Assembly: GCA_041393215.1 (NCBI GenBank) | Contig: JAWKKP010000018.1 | Span: forward strand, 20,675-84,674 | DNA from: Draconibacterium sp. | GTDB lineage: Bacteria; Bacteroidota; Bacteroidia; Bacteroidales; Prolixibacteraceae | DNA: 64,000 nucleotides | Direction: 5' to 3' | In this document: one piece after another, positions 56,762 to 64,000 of the stretch | Layout: every line of letters begins with the position of its first letter | How positions within the stretch are numbered: position 1 is the stretch's first letter | Notes under the pieces: generated by a model | What the model saw: only the letters and a program-made list of their open reading frames with translations | What the model was told of the DNA's origin: nothing | Databases searched by the model: none | Position numbers and translations under genes: made by a program

Positions 56762-57466
56762 TTAAAGTAAAAAATTGAAATCTTCTCCTGCCGATAGTTC
56801 AACAGGTTTTTCACCTTTTTTGAATATCCTGCAAGTTCGGTCGCCAATTAATTCGAGATTTCCGTTTTCCAGTTTAAACATGGTTCCTTCGCGAAGTCCG
56901 GCTACATAAACTTCCGGATTTACTTCAAGAAATTCTTCAATACGTTGTTCGCGGGTTTCTCCACCATGACCTTCCGGGTTGGCATCTAAATAATGCGGAT
57001 TAATCTGAAAAGGAATCAAGCCAGTGCAGTCAAACCCTTTTGGAGCCACAATTGGCATGTCATTCGTTGTGCGAAGTGTTGGACAGGCAACATTTGAGCC
57101 GGCACTCCAACCCATATAAGGTGTTCCGTTAAAGGCCTTTTCCCGGATGGGATTCATTAATTTCAATTCGTGTAATTTCCTAACCAGCTGCCATGTATTT
57201 CCTCCGCCCACTACTATAGCTTCAGCATCCCAAATCGCTTTTATCTGATTTTCGAAGGTGTGAATTCCTATAATGTGGTGTCCAATTTCAGTAAACCGTT
57301 CTTCTACCTTTTCGCAATATGAATCATACGAAAAAGTAACGGCTGCATATGGAATAAAAACGGCTGTTACAGGTTTATCTCCCAAAAATTTCTGAATTTC
57401 ATATTTCGGATAATCCAAATAGGGTTCACCCGGCATTGTCGAGTTACTAATCAGTAGTAGTTTCAT
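56762..57466 (-). CDS. pepE: Dipeptidase E (peptidase S51)
   Basis: VGGGNTWQL, GWSAGSNVA, TTNDMPI and QINPHY...GETRE. Confidence 0.95.
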   Translation of the reverse strand: MKLLLISNSTMPGEPYLDYPKYEIQKFLGDKPVTAVFIPYAAVTFSYDSYCEKVEERFTEIGHHIIGIHTFENQIKAIWDAEAIVVGGGNTWQLVRKLHELKLMNPIREKAFNGTPYMGWSAGSNVACPTLRTTNDMPIVAPKGFDCTGLIPFQINPHYLDANPEGHGGETREQRIEEFLEVNPEVYVAGLREGTMFKLENGNLELIGDRTCRIFKKGEKPVELSAGEDFNFLL

Positions 57467-57540
57467 TGTTCTCTTTTTAATTTTTTTGCAAAAAAATAAT
57501 GAATTTATCAGAGGTGAAATGATTTAAAACATGTGATAAA

Positions 57541-58305
57541 TTATTCATACAAATCTTTTAAATCACTATTGGCCATTTCAACAAAAAAATCAGCAACTTT
57601 TGCGGTTACATCTTCCAGGTATTTCTTCCCTTTTTCTGCTGTAGCCATTTTGGGATTTCCAACGCCGGTATCTTCAGTAACTTTATCCCATTTTCTTGGA
57701 ATCCAGGCAGTTTTATTTTTTAGTCCTTCCATTTTGGGCAATTTGGCTGCTCCGTCTCCTGCTTCTTCCAAAGGTCTTACCAAATGTGGAAAGTAGTGCA
57801 TAATTACGCTGGTTTCCATTTCCCCTGCATGATCGCCTCCTTCTTCAAAGTAGTTGGCAAGATTCATTATTTTAAACCACTCCACCAAACTTATCAGCAT
57901 TTCCGGAAATTGGGGTTGAACTTCCCGAATCATCGGTTTAAAATCGTTTCCACCGTGTCCATTCATCAATATTAATTTTCTGATTCCCTGGTTATAAAGT
58001 GCGTGAACGATACTTTTAAAAATTGCAGTTTGCACGGATGGCGGTGTGTGAAGGCAAAATGGTAATTCAATTTGACCGGGATTTTGTACACCCAAAGGAA
58101 TAACCGGTAGCACCATAATTTTTGCTCCTTTTTCCCAAGCTTTTTCAGCGGCTTCTGCTGCAATTGTTGATGTTTCTATTGAATCTGTTCCATAAGGTAA
58201 ATGGTAATTGTGCGGTTCGGTTGCTCCCCATGGAAGTATGGCTACATCATATTTTTGATTTTTTACTTGTTTCCAGTTCGTTTCTTCTAAAATAAATGGT
58301 CTCAT
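57541..58305 (-). CDS. Creatininase-family protein
   Basis: PWGATEPHNYHLPYGTD, NGHGGN and HAGEMETS. Confidence 0.92.
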   Translation of the reverse strand: MRPFILEETNWKQVKNQKYDVAILPWGATEPHNYHLPYGTDSIETSTIAAEAAEKAWEKGAKIMVLPVIPLGVQNPGQIELPFCLHTPPSVQTAIFKSIVHALYNQGIRKLILMNGHGGNDFKPMIREVQPQFPEMLISLVEWFKIMNLANYFEEGGDHAGEMETSVIMHYFPHLVRPLEEAGDGAAKLPKMEGLKNKTAWIPRKWDKVTEDTGVGNPKMATAEKGKKYLEDVTAKVADFFVEMANSDLKDLYE

Positions 58306-58390
58306 ATTGTTAAGTTTTTTATTTTAATATCAATGTTTAATGGTGTTTGGTGCAACACAATCAGTTCAATTTTTTAGGATTAGCATTCAG

Positions 58391-59221
58391 CTAAAAACGA
58401 AGCAAGGTAATTCCAAAAGAAAACGGAGTAAGTTCAGGCCCCTTTTCTTTATAAAAGAGTTTGGTGAAATCGTAACAAGCAAAAAGATTGATCCATCGAT
58501 ATCCGGTCCGTACCATAAATCCGTATTTAAAATCATGTAGCGAATAATTGTCAGGAACTTTTAGCTTCTGTTTCTTATCGGTCCGGTACTTTATTTTTGT
58601 GTGGCTATTTACCCGATAACCCATGTATACTCCCGATGAAATGTAAAGCCTGTTTTCGTAATGATTGATGGGTATCTGAAATTCAACAAGTACAGGAAGC
58701 GTTAAATAAAACATGGATAGTTTTGATTTCTGATTATCATCAAAATACAACTCTTTGGGAATGATTGTACCATCCGGCTGCCGCTCAATAGTTGTATTTT
58801 TATCCAAACGATAACTCTGAAACTGCATGCCAATTCCGGTTACCAATCCAATTGTATTCCGGTTGTGTTGTAACCCGATACTTTGCTGAATGAGATTAAT
58901 ATACAGAGAATTCGAACGAAGAAGATCATTCTTCATAAATTCAGTTTCATCGTTGGAATAGTCGGGAAACAAAAGTGCATTAAAACCCAAATCCACACCA
59001 GCCCAGTGTCCCGAAAATTTATCCTGCCAGAAATTAAATCCGTTCCGGGTGATTGATTTTACATCAATTTTCCTGAGAATTTTTTCCGGATCCTGCTGAA
59101 TCGAAATTATCGTATCTGCTTCCTGGGCAAGTAAATAGAAGCGGCTTAAAACGACAAAAGCAAATAGCAAAAAATATTTGAGATAGATTGTTTCTGTTTT
59201 CAATGGCATATCAATATTCAT
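58391..59221 (-). CDS. Outer-membrane beta-barrel protein
   Basis: GHWAGVDLG and YLTLPVLVEFQ; aromatic beta-strands; C-terminal Phe. Start is 59221 or 59209. Confidence 0.75.
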   Translation of the reverse strand: MNIDMPLKTETIYLKYFLLFAFVVLSRFYLLAQEADTIISIQQDPEKILRKIDVKSITRNGFNFWQDKFSGHWAGVDLGFNALLFPDYSNDETEFMKNDLLRSNSLYINLIQQSIGLQHNRNTIGLVTGIGMQFQSYRLDKNTTIERQPDGTIIPKELYFDDNQKSKLSMFYLTLPVLVEFQIPINHYENRLYISSGVYMGYRVNSHTKIKYRTDKKQKLKVPDNYSLHDFKYGFMVRTGYRWINLFACYDFTKLFYKEKGPELTPFSFGITLLRF

Positions 59222-59438
59222 ACATTCTAATTTTGAACAGAATATTATTACTGGCAAATTTAAACGATTCAGAAAGAAATAATGTTGAAAAGCCGGTAAA
59301 AATTAAAACGCGACTGTAATAATTGGTGAAAAGATAAAATTTAGGGATTAATTTAATATTCGTAAAGAAAAATTTATAAATGTCTGAAATTCATTTTAAA
59401 AGAATACCTTTGCGCCGATTATTTTTATAAATTTTTGA

Positions 59439-61104
59439 ATGACATTATTTAAAGAAATGGGGCTGAGCGCCGAAATCAGATCGGCTATTGAAGAGTTAGG
59501 ATTTGAGCAGCCCACTCCAATACAGGAAAAAACGATTCCTTTTTTATTGGAGAGTACTCAGGACATGATTGCGCTTGCGCAAACCGGAACAGGAAAAACA
59601 GCAGCCTTTGGATTACCAATTATACAGCAGATTGACCAGGAACGGAAAACAGTTCAAGCCCTGATTTTAAGCCCTACCCGTGAACTTGCAATCCAAATTG
59701 CAAACGATTTGGAAAACTATTCGAAAAACCTTGGAAAACTGAAAATTGCCGTGGTTTATGGTGGTGCCGACATCAAAAAACAAATTAACGATCTGGAGAA
59801 AAAAGTTCAGGTTGTAGTTGGAACACCGGGTAGAACACTGGATTTAATTAAGCGTAAAAAACTTAGTGTTAACGAAATAAAGTGGGTGGTTCTGGATGAG
59901 GCTGATGAAATGCTCTCAATGGGGTTTAAAGATGATTTGGATGCCATTTTAGAAAACTCACCGGAAGAAAAACAGACATTGCTGTTTTCTGCAACCATGC
60001 CTAACGAAATTGTTGCTATATCTCAGAAATACATGAAAAATATTTTTGAGATTTCGGTTGGAAAAAGGAACACCGGTGCAGAAAATGTGGAACATCACTA
60101 CTACGTGGTGCACGCAAAAGATCGTTACATTGCCTTAAAAAGAGTAGCCGATATTAACCCGAATATTTACGGAATAATATTTTGCCGAACCCGGGCCGAA
60201 ACCAAAGATGTTGCCGATAAGTTGATGCAGGATGGATACAATGCCGATGCACTTCACGGCGATTTATCGCAGGCACAGCGCGACCATGTAATGAACCGTT
60301 TCAGAAGCATTTACAAATGCTTGTTGCTACATTGCTGCTCGCGGGCTCGATGTTAATGATTTAACGCATGTAATTAATTACAATCTTCCCGATTCGGAAG
60401 TTTATGTACACCGTAGCGTACCGGGCGTGCCGGGAAAAAGGAACTTCGGTTACACTTATTCACCTGCGCGGAAAGCTGAAACAGGTAGAAAAAATCATCA
60501 ACAAGCAATTTATAAGGATGTTCCATCAGGTAAGGAAATCTGTGAAAAACAATTGTTTAGCTTAATCGACAAAGTTGAAAAGATTGAAGTTAACGATACC
60601 CAGATTTCGGGTTATGCCGGTAATTTATAAAAACTTGCCTGGCTCGATCGCGGGGAATTGATCAAACATTTTGTTTCGGTAGAGTTTAACCGGTTTTTTG
60701 CAATACTACGAAAATGCTCCTGATATTAATGTTGATAGATCGCACCATAACGAACGTGATTTTGAAAGTGGCCCGGAGAAACCGTGTGAAAGAGACGTGG
60801 TGAAAAAGTTCACGCAGGGAACGCGGAGACCAGAGATCGCGGTAACCGGGGAGGAAGAAGCAACAACGAATATTCCCGATTTTCTTTAGCATGGGTAAAA
60901 AGGAGTGGTACAGAAGCGCACCATTATTGATTTAATCAATCAGAACCTGCCCGGGAAAAATGTTGATATCGGAAGTATTGAGGTGTTAAAAAGTTTTCAT
61001 TTTCAGAAGTGGATAAACGGCATGAAGAAGTTTTTAAAAGCTTTCAAAAATGCCACTTACAAGGACAGCGAATTGGTATTGATATTGCCAACGCAAAGAA
61101 ATAG
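59439..61104 (+). CDS. DEAD-box RNA helicase with DbpA-like C-terminal domain; multiple frameshifts after about 60310 (probably sequencing errors); 3' end approximate
   Basis: Q motif, AQTGTGKT, PTRELA, DEAD and SAT intact. Fragments of ARGLD, HRSGRTGRAG and the DbpA domain continue in shifting frames. -7 element TACCTTTG at 59405-59412. Confidence 0.88.
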
Positions 61105-61127
61105 AGAAAAAATCTGTATAGATGTTG

Positions 61128-61158
61128 AAAAGCTGCTAATGATATGGCAGCTTTTTTT
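61128..61158. terminator. Bidirectional terminator
   Basis: AAAAGCTGC/GCAGCTTTT stem with T-tract. Confidence 0.75.
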
Positions 61159-61169
61159 GTGCCGTAATT

Positions 61170-61486
61170 TTATTTCTTTTATTCGATTTTGCTTTGGGAT
61201 TGAATTTATCCATTATCCAAATCCAGATCGAATCAAGCTTCGGGAGAAACATAAATATCCTTTCATCGGGCATTTTCGCCGATCCATGGGGCGGCAACCT
61301 TTTTCCTGAAGAAAGGCTTTCTCGTTTTTCCGGATCAATCGGGCCATTGAATTCATCTTTAATGATTCCGACACATTTTGTCATCCACCATAAAACAAAT
61401 TCCGCCAAACATCAGCTTTCTTCAAAGAAGCATTGTTTTCTTTTAAAGAGCCACAGATCGGTCGGCTAAAAATTCACTAAAGCCAT
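61170..61486 (-). CDS. TfoX/Sxy N-terminal-domain protein, frameshifted in this sequence; coordinates approximate
   Basis: Reading across frames gives MA.SEFLADR...EEK.MFGGICFMVDDKMCVGIIKDE...RIDPE...KGCRPMD...MKGYIYVSPE. Confidence 0.7.
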
Positions 61487-61495
61487 TTGCTGAAT

Positions 61496-62242
61496 TTATT
61501 GATTTACCAATTCTATAACGGGATGAAGGGTTTTGTTTGAGCAAATAATAGTGAAATTCCGATCGTAATTCTTTTCATTAATAGTAAAATCGAGAGAATT
61601 TCCGTTAAAATCTGATACGATTCCGCCTGCCTCTTCAATAATTAACTTTGGTCCTGCAATGTCCCAGAGCTTTGTAGTTTGATTCAGGCAGGCACCCAGT
61701 TTTCCGTCGGCAGTATAACAAAAGTCGAGTAAAGGTGGTCGATCTCAAATTTCTGACATGTTGAACCAAACGTCCGATGGTTTTTGTTTCTTGCTCTGTT
61801 TCCGGGTTCATCGAATAGTCAGTAAGCTGTAAAATATTCATAGTTCAGTTTCTTTGAAGAAATCTTCATTCAGCAGTGCTCCTTTTCCTTTTTCAGCAAA
61901 GTAAACCTGAAGTTTGTAGGGAATATAGCAGGTAGCAAGTATGGGTTCATTGTTTTTCAGCACACAAATAATAATGCCAAACCACGGTAATCCAGCGGCA
62001 AAGTTCGATGTTCCATCCAGCGGAACCACCCAGGTATATTCCGAATTTCGATACTGAAAACCGGTTTCCCCAGCGTGTTATGATCGGGAAATTTTTCGCC
62101 AATAATTTGCATAATTTTTTCTCCGCTGCCAAATCTGCGAATTGTTACTATACTTTGGCTTTCCTTGGTTTTTATAATCCGAGATTTGCCAACGTATTTC
62201 ATCGCCGTAGAGTTTGCTTTTGAGAGTATCTTCCATCTTCAT
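61496..62242 (-). CDS. Inositol monophosphatase (SuhB-like) family protein, frameshifted; coordinates approximate
   Basis: Fragments DLAAE, PLDGTSNFAAGLPWF and EEAGGIVSDFNG. Confidence 0.8.
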
Positions 62243-62375
62243 ATTTTTCGGTAAGTCAAATATAGGCGTATTTCTGTAGTTACAGTCTGTACTTAAACTT
62301 TAAGCCCATGAAGGGAAATGATATTACTATCTTATTCCCCGGATTGTTTAATTGAATGGATAAAATGGTTGCAAA

Positions 62376-62410
62376 CCTCAAGGCTTCAGGCGGATTCCTG
62401 AAGCTTGAGG
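62376..62410. terminator. Hairpin after the GH97 gene
   Basis: CCTCAAGGCTTCAGG/CCTGAAGCTTGAGG inverted repeat. Confidence 0.65.
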
Positions 62411-62424
62411 CCAATAGCCAGAAG

Positions 62425-64000
62425 CTATTCTTTTTCAAGAATTGCTACCCAGCCTCCGCCGGGAGCCATTTCTATTTTTACATTAGAAGTATTGGTAACT
62501 TTTAATTCCTCTTTTTTATAATCAGCGGCATGTTTGTCTGCGTTCCGTCTTTCAAACTGTCATTTATAATTTCCCTGAGAAGGAAATTAAGGTTAAATCC
62601 AGCGATCGGGAATCAGTCAGTCATAGCGCCAACAAGCCATTTTTCACCTGATTTACGTGCAGCCAGTATGTAGTCGCTGACTTTTGCATCTAAAATTTTG
62701 TGTCGTCCCAAACCGATGGAACTGCCACTTAGAAACTCCATGCATTCCGGTTCGCGATAATAATTGGAAGGATTGTCAGCAAGCATTTGTAGCGGGCTTT
62801 CAAACACTACGTACATTCCCAGTTGATGGCAACGGGTGCCCGGGCTCATCGGCTCTGTAAACACATGGTTGAAATTTTCTTTTGTTGCATTTAACATGGC
62901 ACCGGGAGTAAAATCCATCGGACCGGCAACCATCCGAATAAAGGGAAGTGTTACGTATGTTCCGGATCAGGCCCGGAAATAAAATTTGGATATTTTCTTT
63001 GTAGTCTGCCGGTTTATAGGCTCATAATCAACCAGAAGTTTTCTATTGGCACATTCACGGGCAATTTTTTCGTAAAAGTTAACCATCCACTGATCGTCGC
63101 GCTGCATAAAATCCATTTTTATACCTTTTGCGCCCCATTTTTCAAACTGGTCTAAAGATTCGGTGAGTTTATCTTCAACAGCTTTCCAAACCACCCAGAG
63201 AATAACACCAACATTTTCTTTTTTCCATAATCCACTAATTCCTGAATATTAATATGTTAACATGCATAACATCATCTAAATGATACCAACCTTCGTCGAG
63301 AATAATATATTCAAGACCATATTTCAACAAAATCAATGTAATATTTATAGGTTTCGTTATTTACCCCCGATTCAAAATCAACTCCGTAAATGTTGTTGGC
63401 ATTCCTGATCCCATGCCACTTTTTCGGTTTAATCAATCGGTATTTTCCAGTACATTTTCAGGGAGCCAGTTTATAAATTAATTCGATTGAACTAAATCTG
63501 CGTCTTTTTCAGAAATAACTTCATTGCCCTCCACGGAAAAGTTCGCGTTCCGCACTCACCTGCAATGTAATCCCGGCATATTTGATTGGTTTACATCACG
63601 GTCATTCATTTGTTTGGTTTTCCAAAACAACAGCCGGATATTTTCCAACCAAGGCATTCTTGTTGTCAGCGCCTTTTAAATACATTCCCGGATAATCCAT
63701 TAAATCCGATTCCGAAATGTAAACTTTTACATTGTTGCCACAATCCACCAGCGATGGTCGAACAAAACGGTCGGGTGTGATATCCGATAATTTTAACCGA
63801 AGATACTCACGCTCCCTGATGAGACATCATGCTTTCTTCTTCCGGAAACCGTATGGTCGTTTTGGAAAAGCAAAAGTGGCTTTTTCACTTATCACTAAAC
63901 GGCCCTTTTCTTTTCACGTTCCAACGATATGCCACACCATCATCATAGACTTTTACTTCAAGGCTATAATTCTTAAAAGGAATTGTTATGGCATTATAAA
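62425..64000 (-). CDS. GH97 alpha-glucosidase/galactosidase family protein; 5' end outside the window; frameshifted
   Basis: KWGAKGIKMDFMQRDDQ, VAGPMDFTPGAM, TRCHQLGMYVVFESPLQMLADNPSNY and AARKSGEKW. Confidence 0.88.

Noticed and set aside
2882-58540. Numerous 60-160-aa ORFs nested in or antisense to long genes
   Set aside because: They overlap well-supported CDSs and lack motifs or initiation context, as expected by chance.
60427-63780. Short stand-alone ORFs in the last 4 kb, and programmed frameshifting as an explanation
   Set aside because: They are fragments of the helicase, TfoX, IMPase and GH97 genes or their shadows. The shifts are too many and too irregular for recoding.
1-64000. 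tRNA, rRNA, IS elements and prophage
   Set aside because: No cloverleaf, rRNA-like segment, transposase, integrase or phage structural gene was recognised by eye. tRNAscan-SE and Infernal would be needed to exclude them formally.

Overview
AT-rich chromosomal window from a Bacteroidota bacterium: TAnnTTTG promoters, SusC/SusD genes and T9SS cargo. A Prolixibacteraceae/Marinilabiliales-like origin is an inference. From left to right: (1) a probable ECF-sigma envelope-stress locus (WM-repeat secreted protein, PadR, PspC, DUF4252); (2) a starch/maltose utilisation locus (susC, susD, accessory lipoproteins, GH13; lacI, MFS, pgmB, GH65, two GH13) with an orphan Dam-family methylase between susC and lacI and two LacI-type operators; (3) TetR, rnr, a degenerate GlpD-like protein and an Ig-like lipoprotein; (4) the top candidate for an undescribed system, a four-gene module of RIC-like hemerythrin, LuxR, a His-rich upstream ORF ending in the RGPP ribosome-arrest motif, and a TonB-dependent receptor with a CxxC plug; (5) housekeeping genes (queD, polA, Dus, hemD, rnpA, ALDH); (6) tyrA and DAHP synthase/chorismate mutase under a Phe/Tyr leader-peptide attenuator missed by the ORF track; (7) two tandem T9SS zinc-protease paralogues, GH32, thioredoxin, pepE and creatininase; (8) an error-rich end (about 60.3-64 kb) with frameshifted DEAD helicase, TfoX, IMPase and GH97 genes. 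No tRNA, rRNA, CRISPR array or transposase was seen. All family assignments come from motif recognition by eye, not from database searches.
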